Source of the DNA: a virus
Reading direction: 5' to 3' (one strand)
Virus record (IMG/VR): IMGVR_UViG_3300034108_000145
Coordinates: 32,001-96,000 of that record
Length of the DNA stretch: 64,000 nt
A program made the position numbers and the translations under genes. Of this stretch, positions 30,692 through 39,342 are shown in pieces. Every line of letters begins with the position of its first letter. Position 1 is the stretch's first letter. The notes below the pieces were generated by a model, which saw nothing but the letters and a program-made list of their open reading frames with translations, made no database searches and had not been told where the DNA came from.

Positions 30692-30970
30692 TTAGTTATT
30701 TAGGTTTGCTGAATCATCAGCAATTGTATTAGTAATAGTTCCACCAGTAGTTGATATAAATGATGGCATATATGGTGCAGTGGAAGTACTCCATATACCC
30801 GATGACGGATAAACAGGAAAACTACTACTTCCATTGGTAGTTCCAAAAGTTAATGTGGGTTTTTCTTCTTCCTTTAAAAGCAGCAAAGCTTCCTCTAGGG
30901 TGAGGGAGCTTTCTTTAATCAACCTAGAAAGAACTGTTACTTTTTGGGCATGTAAGTCTAGAGTTTCCAT
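30692..30970 (-). CDS. Hypothetical protein
   Basis: 92 aa ORF filling the TerL-portal gap; LTLEEALLLLKE motif. Confidence 0.65.
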   Translation of the reverse strand: METLDLHAQKVTVLSRLIKESSLTLEEALLLLKEEEKPTLTFGTTNGSSSFPVYPSSGIWSTSTAPYMPSFISTTGGTITNTIADDSANLNN

Positions 30971-30973
30971 ATT

Positions 30974-33181
30974 TTATCTCATATTTTTAAAAGGACTACG
31001 TGGCGGTCTCATATTTGTACCGTCACTACCCCTAGAATTACCCAGATGTCTAAAGGGGCTCCAATTTAATTTACTAAATTTCTGGGAGTTATCCAAGTTT
31101 TCTTTTGTAACTTCTACACGTTTAGAGAAGCCACGGTTAGATTGTTGCACCTTTGCAAAGGCTATAAGAGCACAAAAGGCTACCAATCTATCCACGTTTA
31201 GTCCATCTCTGTAAGCTTGCATCTCTCGTAAAAGCATAATGTCAGGGATTCTTTCAATACCGTATATGGTTTTTACAATATCCCCGTTTTCTTTTGTCTC
31301 ATGATCTAGCTCTTCTTTTGTATACTCAATACCGTAAGATAGGATGTTACCCTTAAAAAGCGTACCTACGTTCTTCCAGCCATATTCTTGGAATACGTTA
31401 CGGTTGGCACCAATGTCTTTTAAGAATAAGATCATGTCTTTAGGTACTAAGTAACGTTGCTTACGTTTAGAAATCATGTATTGTATAAACAAAGCTACGT
31501 TATTCTCCACTATTGTCCAGGCGTTGTACCACTCTATAAGTATTTCTAAACGCTCATGGGTTTTAGTAAGATCGTCAAAACGACCACACCAAGATGCCAC
31601 TATACCATCCCGTTCAATACTACTTTCTACCACTCCTCCACCAGAGTCTTTTATTACTTCTACAGGATTCTTGTATATGTATATAGAACATAGGGATTCC
31701 GATGTAGTAGTTTTACCTTCACCTACTGGATCCACAGAAGCATAGTATGTGCCAAACTGAGGATCTTTACAAGGTCTTTCGTAAATACAGATGACACCTT
31801 CTTTATCTTCTGTCTTTTTAGATATAGGAAACTCCATAATAGGAATCTTCCTAGACGGTTTGTCTATGATTTTACCTTCTGCGTTTCTAGAAAGTTCTAA
31901 GTATTCTACAGGATATTCTTTATCTTGAATACGCTGCATTTGTTTAGCCACAAGATGCGGAGGGAACACACTCACCTTACGTGTAGCAAAAGCCTCTTCT
32001 AGGGTCCTAGGATGCTGTGAAATCGTAAGCTGGTAAGCTCCTGGATCAAGATCCTTCTTCATCTTCTCAAACTCTTTATCTAGGGCTTCTAAGGCTTCTT
32101 TTACTAAAGAGTTACCATACTGATCAATATAAGGAGGCATTGACCATTGTTCAGGTATAAACAACCCTGTAATACCTGTTGTACCATCTTTATCTACAAG
32201 ATTAGATTCTATTCCATAGAACCCGTTTTCTTCTGGATGGTATACATACTCTTTCATGGGTTCACACTGATCGAGATCACCCACTGATCCTGCTGCAATA
32301 AACTGACCTGTAATAATATGACCAGACTTAAGGGCTGGTTTCATGAATCCATAAGTGTCATTCATCTTAGGTGCGATACCTGCTTCCTCGTGAAAGAAGT
32401 ATGTTACAGGTCCACCGACACCATGTGTAGGATCTTTCTCAAAAGAGTATAAGTTAATTGTACTTTTTAATCCTCTATATGTATCACGATTATTTACTCT
32501 CACTTTAATCTGCTGGTTCCACGCCCCCACCTTATCAGGTTCTGCCGGTCTATACCATGCAGTGTGTTCATTTAAGAAGTTACGATATTCATTAAGAAAC
32601 TTCCATGATCCTTTCTCATTAATGTAGTCTTTAAGACTAGCTCCAATTTTAAGAATAGATCCTTCTTCAAATACCCATTGGTTAATTAACTTAGCCATGT
32701 GAAAATAAGAAGATGCTATCTGACGTTTCTTTAGAATGATAGCGTGCCGCCAATGCAGTTCAGCAAGATGCTCATATAAAGCCATGTGATATTGTGCATC
32801 TCTCACCTTAGCAAAGTCAAACCTCTTTTCTTCTTTATCGTAAATAGGTAAAAAGTTTAACCACATGTAGTAGTCTCTGCTTATATACCATGTACCGTTT
32901 TCACTTTTTATAATAACTCCTTTACGACACTTGTTCTTTTGGTCGTCCCAATATGTTATAAAGTCTTTACTTTTTACTGGAGCAGCACAGTAATACCCTT
33001 GCTTTTGAAACTTACGAGCTTCTGCATTAAAGATTAAACTAGTCTCATCAAAGTTATACTCACCTGGTTCTTTGAATATAGATAGTAAAAAATCTCTAAA
33101 CTCTTCTCTACTATAAAAAGTGGAGACGGTCCAATGATCAACATCGTAAGTAGGTACTTCTATAAATATGTTAGCTTCCAA
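30974..33181 (-). CDS. Terminase large subunit
   Basis: ILKKRQIASSY Walker A-type, FFHEEAG Walker B, YYASVDPVG RNase H-like nuclease, IVENN, NVDRLVAF. Confidence 0.9.
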   Translation of the reverse strand: MEANIFIEVPTYDVDHWTVSTFYSREEFRDFLLSIFKEPGEYNFDETSLIFNAEARKFQKQGYYCAAPVKSKDFITYWDDQKNKCRKGVIIKSENGTWYISRDYYMWLNFLPIYDKEEKRFDFAKVRDAQYHMALYEHLAELHWRHAIILKKRQIASSYFHMAKLINQWVFEEGSILKIGASLKDYINEKGSWKFLNEYRNFLNEHTAWYRPAEPDKVGAWNQQIKVRVNNRDTYRGLKSTINLYSFEKDPTHGVGGPVTYFFHEEAGIAPKMNDTYGFMKPALKSGHIITGQFIAAGSVGDLDQCEPMKEYVYHPEENGFYGIESNLVDKDGTTGITGLFIPEQWSMPPYIDQYGNSLVKEALEALDKEFEKMKKDLDPGAYQLTISQHPRTLEEAFATRKVSVFPPHLVAKQMQRIQDKEYPVEYLELSRNAEGKIIDKPSRKIPIMEFPISKKTEDKEGVICIYERPCKDPQFGTYYASVDPVGEGKTTTSESLCSIYIYKNPVEVIKDSGGGVVESSIERDGIVASWCGRFDDLTKTHERLEILIEWYNAWTIVENNVALFIQYMISKRKQRYLVPKDMILFLKDIGANRNVFQEYGWKNVGTLFKGNILSYGIEYTKEELDHETKENGDIVKTIYGIERIPDIMLLREMQAYRDGLNVDRLVAFCALIAFAKVQQSNRGFSKRVEVTKENLDNSQKFSKLNWSPFRHLGNSRGSDGTNMRPPRSPFKNMR

Positions 33182-33460
33182 TTATTTAGTTGAGGTTATT
33201 TTATGAATCTCGTTAATATCACCCTTTGATCTATGCAATAAGTACAATAACGTAGTAATGTCTTTACTACGCAATACACCTTCTAGTTGAGAATCATCCC
33301 AATACTTATTATACAATTCTCGTGGTACAGCACACCATAAACTAGTGTACGGATTAAAATGAAATACCCAGTCGTGCATGTAATATTCTCCATCTGATGA
33401 TTGAGTTACAGGTGCAAACTCTTTAATGTTTTCATAATCTGTGTAAACTTCTTGTTTCAT
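33182..33460 (-). CDS. Hypothetical protein
   Basis: 92 aa; DWVFHFNPYTSLWCAVPR; abuts the TerL start. Confidence 0.7.
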   Translation of the reverse strand: MKQEVYTDYENIKEFAPVTQSSDGEYYMHDWVFHFNPYTSLWCAVPRELYNKYWDDSQLEGVLRSKDITTLLYLLHRSKGDINEIHKITSTK

Positions 33461-33481
33461 AGTTTTATGTTTTAATATTTT

Positions 33482-33592
33482 TTAGGAAAGCAGAAGATGG
33501 GTGCGTGGACATCTGCTTTTACGACTGGCATTTCTAACCGATCACGTACTGCCCTTTCTACAGTTAAAAGTACGCTATTCCAATCAACCTAA
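33482..33592 (-). ncRNA. Compact structured RNA (multi-stem junction)
   Basis: Closing TTAGG/CCTAA, CGTACT/AGTACG, AAAGCAGA/TCTGCTTT stems; GC-richer than flanks. Confidence 0.55.
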
Positions 33593-33597
33593 TAAGT

Positions 33598-34305
33598 TTA
33601 TAGTTCAGATAATAATAGCATTTCTTTATCCCATGCTCCTAAAATCTGCCAGTAAAATCCAAATGGACTTTGTACTAATAAAATAGGATCTCTTTTCTCA
33701 TATGCTTTACGGAATTTATCAGGTTCAGCAATCACATAGAATACAGGTTTTTTCTTACACAGTTTCATCATCTGTTCTGTATACTTTTGCATTACTGCTA
33801 TAGCATCATCTGGAAACTCTGGTACAAATAAATCAGAAGTATTCATTTGTAAATCATACTTCTCTAACAATATACCAATCTTCTCATCTGTAGTATTCTG
33901 AAATCCGTTAAAAAAGTTTTGACAGCTTCCCCACTTTTTTCTATTTTCTAGTCTTTCTATAAGAGCACTTACTTCTCTTTTAGAATAATACTGTGTAATT
34001 AATTCTTCTTTAATTTTTAACACAGCAATTTTATCATCTATATTAGCAAGAGTCCATGGTGTAGGGACAGTTTCTAACTGATCTAATACATCAATAGGTT
34101 TAATAGCAATTTTATTACTTTCAGGTAAAGTAGCACCTTCTGCTACTGAACTCATTGTTATATAAGTGTTGCCGGTGTTACCTCCTCTATAAGCAGAAGC
34201 ATAGTTTTTAAAATCAAATAAAAAGTTATCATCTAATCCATCAGATACTCTTATAGCTTCAAACTTGTCTTTCTTTTTAAAAATACTTAATAGTTTTTTT
34301 ATCAT
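33598..34305 (-). CDS. Hypothetical protein (likely start MIKK at 34305)
   Basis: C-terminal DPILLVQSPFGFYWQILGAWDKE; AAAACCAAACAAA leader before ATG 34305; the longer track start overlaps the tRNA-like gene. Confidence 0.75.
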   Translation of the reverse strand: MIKKLLSIFKKKDKFEAIRVSDGLDDNFLFDFKNYASAYRGGNTGNTYITMSSVAEGATLPESNKIAIKPIDVLDQLETVPTPWTLANIDDKIAVLKIKEELITQYYSKREVSALIERLENRKKWGSCQNFFNGFQNTTDEKIGILLEKYDLQMNTSDLFVPEFPDDAIAVMQKYTEQMMKLCKKKPVFYVIAEPDKFRKAYEKRDPILLVQSPFGFYWQILGAWDKEMLLLSEL

Positions 34306-34325
34306 TTTGTTTGGTTTTAAATTAG

Positions 34326-34495
34326 CTGTAGAGGGTGGACTCGAACCACCAAGGTGAGATTCAATTGATAACACAACGCTTGCAAGCTGGTGGTCTACCC
34401 CATATTATCAATCTATTTCTGCATCACCGCCCACGAGACAGGTGGGTACGTTTGCCAGGGTCATAACAGAGACAACCCAATTTCGTCACTCTACA
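34326..34495 (-). tRNA. Giant non-canonical tRNA-like RNA (GTC anticodon, ~79 nt variable arm, D-loop insertion)
   Basis: Acceptor TGTAGAG/CTCTACA+G; D-stem ACG..CGT; anticodon arm CCCAC-CTGTCTC-GTGGG; T-arm GGTGG-TTCGAGT-CCACC; 170 nt; no encoded CCA. Confidence 0.75.
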
Positions 34496-34501
34496 ATTTT
34501 A

Positions 34502-35014
34502 CTACTGATCATATGCCAATCTCTGGCCACCTCTTACAGAAGACTGTTGCTCTTCTTGTAAGTCTCTATACACACCTTTAAAACTTTGTCTTACAGAATC
34601 AAATCTTTCAGCAATACGTAATAGTGCTGTAGCAGAACCGTCACGTCCTGACGTAGGTTTTTCTGTAGCCATAAACGTTGCCATGTTATCTAATGCAATC
34701 TTGATACCCTGATATGCTCTATACGTAGGAGTCTCATACATTTTCTGGCACACTTTAAGTGCACCTCTTATAGATTCATCCTCTCCTGAGAAATCACCAT
34801 CCACCTCTGCTAGAATAAGTTCTTCCTTATCTTGCTCTGGTACATCAAAAAACGGATTAAGATCTGGGTTAGGACATGTCATATAAAACAGATATGCATA
34901 CACCTTTACAGCTTCTTCACCATACTCATCCATAATTCTTTTTAAAGAATTTAGGGTGTAACAATGTTCACTAGGAACTACTTGTCCATTCTGTATATCA
35001 AATAATCTTATCAT
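34502..35014 (-). CDS. Putative terminase small subunit
   Basis: 170 aa helical protein upstream of TerL ending in VRGGQRLAYDQ; assignment by position and size only. Confidence 0.5.
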   Translation of the reverse strand: MIRLFDIQNGQVVPSEHCYTLNSLKRIMDEYGEEAVKVYAYLFYMTCPNPDLNPFFDVPEQDKEELILAEVDGDFSGEDESIRGALKVCQKMYETPTYRAYQGIKIALDNMATFMATEKPTSGRDGSATALLRIAERFDSVRQSFKGVYRDLQEEQQSSVRGGQRLAYDQ

Positions 35015-35205
35015 ACTCTTCCAAATGTTATATTTTTTCTAACCTTAATATCTTTGTGTGTAAACTGCCAAAGCTCTGATGTCTCATCTATTATTACAGT
35101 GTACACAGTGTCTGTTTCATGACCATAGTCTGTAACCAACCAAATCACTCCATTACCTTTAGGAGTGGTAACTTCCACTCTATTAGTTGGTTCATACATT
35201 ATCAT
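35011..35205 (-). CDS. Hypothetical small beta protein
   Basis: 64 aa; overlaps both neighbours; VTTPKGNG..LVTDYGHE. Confidence 0.7.
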   Translation of the reverse strand: MIMYEPTNRVEVTTPKGNGVIWLVTDYGHETDTVYTVIIDETSELWQFTHKDIKVRKNITFGRV

Positions 35206-35866
35206 AACTTACAAGAGCTTTATCGTCTCTTTCACAAAGACTTTTATACAATTGTTTATCTTCACTCCATTCTGATCCTGTCCACCATTCAAAACCATAG
35301 AAGTCTGATTTGTACATACAGCATTTCTCATAACCTCCTAATATATAAACATGTGTACAGTCTAACATTTTTGCCACCTCACATTCATACATCTGTGCCA
35401 CTTTTCCTAAGGAAAGTTTTGGCGTCTCATAGTTCCATACAAATTGTGTTGCACAGAAGGCGTCATCATACTTTTCTACAGCTGAGTAACCAATTACTTT
35501 TCCAAACTGACTATAAGAAATAATATTGCCGGTAAACAACTGTTCCCATGTAATCGTGCGTTCAAAACCGTGGTGTTTACAATATGCTTCATAGAGTTCT
35601 CTGTATATAGGTTTATCTTCAAACTTCTCATACATAAAATCAACATGCCTAGACAATCTTTTAGTAGTCTCGTGAGGTTTGTATTTTGAAAGATCTATGC
35701 GTACAGATCTTAAATTATACCAAGCTCCGTCCCAGGGTATCCACCCTTTTTCAAAAGCTTCTGATGCACTCTCACCCTCTTCTAAAATACCATGCGGCTC
35801 TGAGTAAATAAAGTCTTGATCACTCACTTTACCAAAACCATTAATGTGATCAAACACTACTTTCAT
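35192..35866 (-). CDS. Aminoacyl-tRNA-protein transferase-like (ATE1/Bpt family)
   Basis: AFEKGW..LRSVRIDL N-terminal part, ELYEAYC, and C-terminal KLSLGKVAQMYECEVAKMLDCTHVYILGGYEKCCMYKSDF matching the ATE_C pattern (SLG...EI..A...G..YVYLGY....M.YK..F). Confidence 0.7.
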   Translation of the reverse strand: MKVVFDHINGFGKVSDQDFIYSEPHGILEEGESASEAFEKGWIPWDGAWYNLRSVRIDLSKYKPHETTKRLSRHVDFMYEKFEDKPIYRELYEAYCKHHGFERTITWEQLFTGNIISYSQFGKVIGYSAVEKYDDAFCATQFVWNYETPKLSLGKVAQMYECEVAKMLDCTHVYILGGYEKCCMYKSDFYGFEWWTGSEWSEDKQLYKSLCERDDKALVSYDNV

Positions 35867-36699
35867 TAATGCTTAGCTTTTAATTTATCTCTGTTATCTT
35901 CTAACCAATGTAATAAACTAATCACCTCAGACTTCATATATGGAATACTGTATTGAACAATGTCTTTCACTATAGGATTGCCACTAGTATCTAAAGCTGT
36001 AATAGGATTACCAAACTTATCTGTACCTACGGTTTCAAATAGAATATGATGAAGCACTAATGTACCTGGTTTAAGTCTTGGGTTGTGCTTTAAAATAATA
36101 TACATGTACATACTAAGTTGTAATGTATAGTGGTTTAAATTACAATCATCCAAATGAGCTACAGGAGCAGCCATTCTATCTACCTTTCCTTCCCAGTTGG
36201 TATAACCCTCAGACTTAATTTCTTTATTAGTCTTGTAGTCTGTAATATGCACTTCTCCGTTAATCACTTCTACAAGATCTGACTGACCACATAAGCCAGC
36301 AGATTTTAAATATACCATGTGCTCTGGATAGACACCGTTAGTAAGCTTTTGTAAAGGAGCTTGTTTAATACCGTCTGTTTCTACAGGCTTAAACACTGGT
36401 ACGACATGACCATGACGTTCCATTGTTGTAAGCTCGCATATATCTTTTTCTCTGCAGTTGTGATACCATGTTCCAAGATCTGTTGCACGTTTAGCTTCTG
36501 CTGCCCATGCATCTTTAATTTCTTCAGGTGTCATACCATACCATTTAGACTTCTTTGATTTAGAAGACTTAGCAGCAATAACATCTGATTCAAATGGTTT
36601 CTTGAAGTTAGAAATAAAACTTGTTACAGATATCCAATCTGTAAGGTCTGTTGCATCTACACTTCTATACTTGTGATTCTGTGGTGTGAAAACTATCAT
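35866..36699 (-). CDS. PD-(D/E)XK exonuclease
   Basis: ISVTSFI, LGTWYH, PEHMVY..GLCGQSDL..ITDYKT, YTLQLSMY motifs. Confidence 0.85.
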   Translation of the reverse strand: MIVFTPQNHKYRSVDATDLTDWISVTSFISNFKKPFESDVIAAKSSKSKKSKWYGMTPEEIKDAWAAEAKRATDLGTWYHNCREKDICELTTMERHGHVVPVFKPVETDGIKQAPLQKLTNGVYPEHMVYLKSAGLCGQSDLVEVINGEVHITDYKTNKEIKSEGYTNWEGKVDRMAAPVAHLDDCNLNHYTLQLSMYMYIILKHNPRLKPGTLVLHHILFETVGTDKFGNPITALDTSGNPIVKDIVQYSIPYMKSEVISLLHWLEDNRDKLKAKH

Positions 36700-37025
36700 A
36701 GTCCTAATTTTTCGTTTAACTTATCTTCTTCCTCTTGTGTCAACTCTGCTTTCCAATGCCCTTTAGGACATTCTGAACTTAAACTTCTAGTCTTAAATCC
36801 AAGACTGCATCCGCACCCTCCTAGTTTTTCATTACAACAAGGAGCTGTTCCTGCCACCATACATCCATCTCCTTGCACATCTAGAAGTGCACACTTGTAA
36901 CAAATCTGCATTCTCTGTTGTGCAATTTCTTCTACGTCTTCTTTTTTAAATATGGAGTTGGTTATACCTTCTATAATCTGACCCTTACTCTTCCATACCT
37001 TTATTATGTTTTCTCTTAGACTCAT
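36696..37025 (-). CDS. Cys-rich Zn-binding protein
   Basis: RMQICYKC...CGCSLGFKTRSLSSECPKGHW. Confidence 0.7.
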   Translation of the reverse strand: MSLRENIIKVWKSKGQIIEGITNSIFKKEDVEEIAQQRMQICYKCALLDVQGDGCMVAGTAPCCNEKLGGCGCSLGFKTRSLSSECPKGHWKAELTQEEEDKLNEKLGL

Positions 37026-37383
37026 GTGTTTTGTGTAGTTTAATAAAGTCAGCTCTTTGTTTCTCTTCAGTCATTATAGCTTTTAAAGCTTTAAGGTCAA
37101 ACAATGTTTCTGCTGTTTTAAATCTAGCAGTCATTTGCTGTAGACCCTTTTGTCTGTTGTTCTCTTCAAACTTTTCAAGCATCTCTATCTTATCATCTAT
37201 CTTCCAATGCTTTGTTACAAAATCTCCAAGATTTGTAATATGCACTCTGGAATGCTTTAATGAAGATAGACTTTTCCTCACCTCTCTCCAATAGAAGCCT
37301 ATAATATTATTTATAGTTTCTTCTGAGAGGTTGGTTTCTTTTGCCACCTGTGGGATAAGATCTTTAGCTTTCCGTGGATGCAA
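36985..37383 (-). CDS. HU/IHF-like DNA-binding protein
   Basis: LIPQVAKETNLSEETINNII...VHITNLGDF HU-type pattern. Confidence 0.6.
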   Translation of the reverse strand: MHPRKAKDLIPQVAKETNLSEETINNIIGFYWREVRKSLSSLKHSRVHITNLGDFVTKHWKIDDKIEMLEKFEENNRQKGLQQMTARFKTAETLFDLKALKAIMTEEKQRADFIKLHKTHESKRKHNKGMEE

Positions 37384-37735
37384 TGCTTAAGAATTTAAAG
37401 TCCAACAAAATATTACCTCTAGAGTGTACTTTTAGCTCTGGGTTAATAAATATCTTTTTCTTGTTCTTTCCTTCTTTTTTAATCAAGCCTTTCTTTTCAG
37501 ACTTAGTTAAACAGTTGCGTACAGATTGTGTACTAGAAAAGATTTGTTTATCATGTGCTTTATTACAAAAACTTGTAAGTTCTTGATCTCCTTCTAAAGC
37601 TAAGAGAGTAAGACAATTTAGATCAGCTTCACTCACTTGTATGTTATATAAATAACAATGGGTTAAGATCTGATATTTAACTATTTGCCAGGCACTCATC
37701 CGCACTCTCTTATCTACTTGGTTTACTAATGCCAT
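37364..37735 (-). CDS. Putative winged-helix DNA-binding protein
   Basis: SVRNCLTKSEKKGLIKK...IFINP recognition helix and wing. Confidence 0.5.
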   Translation of the reverse strand: MALVNQVDKRVRMSAWQIVKYQILTHCYLYNIQVSEADLNCLTLLALEGDQELTSFCNKAHDKQIFSSTQSVRNCLTKSEKKGLIKKEGKNKKKIFINPELKVHSRGNILLDFKFLSIASTES

Positions 37736-38181
37736 TATAATTCTATTTTAAAACTCATATAATCTTCACCTGTGTTGCTCCAGTTTTTATATAGAAGCAC
37801 CGAGGCAGCACCCATACTTTTAAAGATGTGCCACGATGCTCCTATTCTAGCTTCTCCTATTAGATGGGTGTAGTCCATTTCTTGAGCCCAATCTATTACA
37901 TGCTGTATAAGCTGATAGCCTATGCCCTTTCCTCTATAAGAAGGAACGACAGTGAAACTATCTATATGTAATATGTTATCACTCTGCCATGTTACAATAG
38001 CTTCTGCTATTAAACCATTCTTCCCATCTCTCATCCATATTCCTTGACAGTTTTCATTTTGTGTGAGCATAAAGATTTTATACTTATCGTCCCAACGTAA
38101 TTGTTTAGGATGCTCACGCTCAAAAGGTAAACATTCTTTATAATCTTTTAACTTATAAAGAACGGAATATTCAGAGGTCAT
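37735..38181 (-). CDS. GNAT family N-acetyltransferase
   Basis: LHIDSFTVVPSYRGKGIGYQLI acetyl-CoA motif A; ASWHIFKSMG motif B. Confidence 0.85.
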   Translation of the reverse strand: MTSEYSVLYKLKDYKECLPFEREHPKQLRWDDKYKIFMLTQNENCQGIWMRDGKNGLIAEAIVTWQSDNILHIDSFTVVPSYRGKGIGYQLIQHVIDWAQEMDYTHLIGEARIGASWHIFKSMGAASVLLYKNWSNTGEDYMSFKIEL

Positions 38182-38182
38182 T

Positions 38183-38551
38183 CTATTTCTTTTTTAACTT
38201 TTTAGGAGCTTCTTCCTGTACAGGAACATCATTAGGAATAATAATATCATCTCCAACTTCTACACCTGCTTCTACCAACTCAGGATTATTATCTAAATCT
38301 TCCTGTGTGATTTTATGCGGGGTGCCTTCTGGAGCTCCTTGGTATGCATTAGCATCAGGACGAGGATTAGTCATTTGACCAATAAAGCTTAAAGCTTTTA
38401 GTTCCTCAGCTCTAGCTGTAGCTAAACCTGTGTTGATTTGTTGAAGCTCAAGTTGCAGCTTCTTTACATCAATCTGTTCTTGTAAAAACTCCATCACTTG
38501 TTCTTTTGTGGGAGCCTTAGCTTCTTCGTTTACATTTGTTTGTTCTGACAT
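38183..38551 (-). CDS. Hypothetical protein
   Basis: 122 aa coiled coil plus ITQEDLDNNPELVEAGVEVGD motif; AAAAAACCAAATC leader. Confidence 0.75.
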   Translation of the reverse strand: MSEQTNVNEEAKAPTKEQVMEFLQEQIDVKKLQLELQQINTGLATARAEELKALSFIGQMTNPRPDANAYQGAPEGTPHKITQEDLDNNPELVEAGVEVGDDIIIPNDVPVQEEAPKKLKKK

Positions 38552-38572
38552 GATTTGGTTTTTTTAATTGGT

Positions 38573-38866
38573 TTATAATTCTACATCCTTCTTTACCTCT
38601 GGATCTGTATTGTGGTAAAGCTGAAATATATTTAAAAATTCTTCATAGGGTGTATCAATAATATACGTATCCCCGGGCTCTGTAAAAATAGTGGTGCAGC
38701 CATTAACTAATGCATCCTCTTCATCAGAAGTGAGCTTGCATGCTATCACTATATCTATATGGAAAGCAAAGGGCATCCATCTACCCCTATCTTCTAAACC
38801 CATTAACTCTATCTTATCCACATCTATGGTGTGGCAATGTATATTACATGTATGTATCATAAGCAT
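38573..38866 (-). CDS. Hypothetical protein
   Basis: 97 aa, translationally coupled to the upstream ORF. Confidence 0.65.
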   Translation of the reverse strand: MLMIHTCNIHCHTIDVDKIELMGLEDRGRWMPFAFHIDIVIACKLTSDEEDALVNGCTTIFTEPGDTYIIDTPYEEFLNIFQLYHNTDPEVKKDVEL

Positions 38867-39078
38867 TATTGTCTTTTACGTGAAACGTGATATTCATTAT
38901 AATTAATAAACTTGCTTCTATTGCTACCCTTTACAAGTTGGTAACCTAAGACTCTCTCTGCAACTCCATCCCTGACGTCTATAACAGGAATATTAATTGG
39001 GTTGCCGTACTTATCCGATGTCTGGATGTAATGACTTAATGCTGACTCTTCAGACGTAACGATTTTATCTGTTGACAT
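38866..39078 (-). CDS. Hypothetical protein, first gene of the left arm
   Basis: 70 aa with AAACCAAACAAT leader and a promoter motif upstream. Confidence 0.65.
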   Translation of the reverse strand: MSTDKIVTSEESALSHYIQTSDKYGNPINIPVIDVRDGVAERVLGYQLVKGSNRSKFINYNEYHVSRKRQ

Positions 39079-39096
39079 ATTGTTTGGTTTACATTA

Positions 39097-39104
39097 TAAT
39101 ATAC
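39097..39104 (-). promoter_or_regulatory. Putative promoter core GTATATTA at the strand switch
   Basis: Repeated motif at the divergence point of the two arms. Confidence 0.55.
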
Positions 39105-39342
39105 TTAAAAAGTTTAAACTTAACAAATTTAATATTATATAATTCTTAATGCAATAGTAAGTTATCCCCCCGTTGTTAATATCTACTATGCAACCCCCTA
39201 GGGTTTCCTATACAGACTTACTATGTTAGAGGATGAGATGGGGTATTAGTTTTTTGACCCCGACTCAATCTTGGCGTTGCGGGTACCCCGGTACTTTGCA
39301 ACAGCAGTTCTTCTTTTTTTATAAACTCTAAAATCATTAAAA

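Noticed and set aside
34326-34495. tmRNA
   Set aside because: Has a full anticodon arm and D stem, no G3-U70 pair and no tag ORF; too short
35866-36699. Cas4 / CRISPR adaptation gene
   Set aside because: PD-(D/E)XK motifs are present but the four-Cys Fe-S pattern and any array are missing
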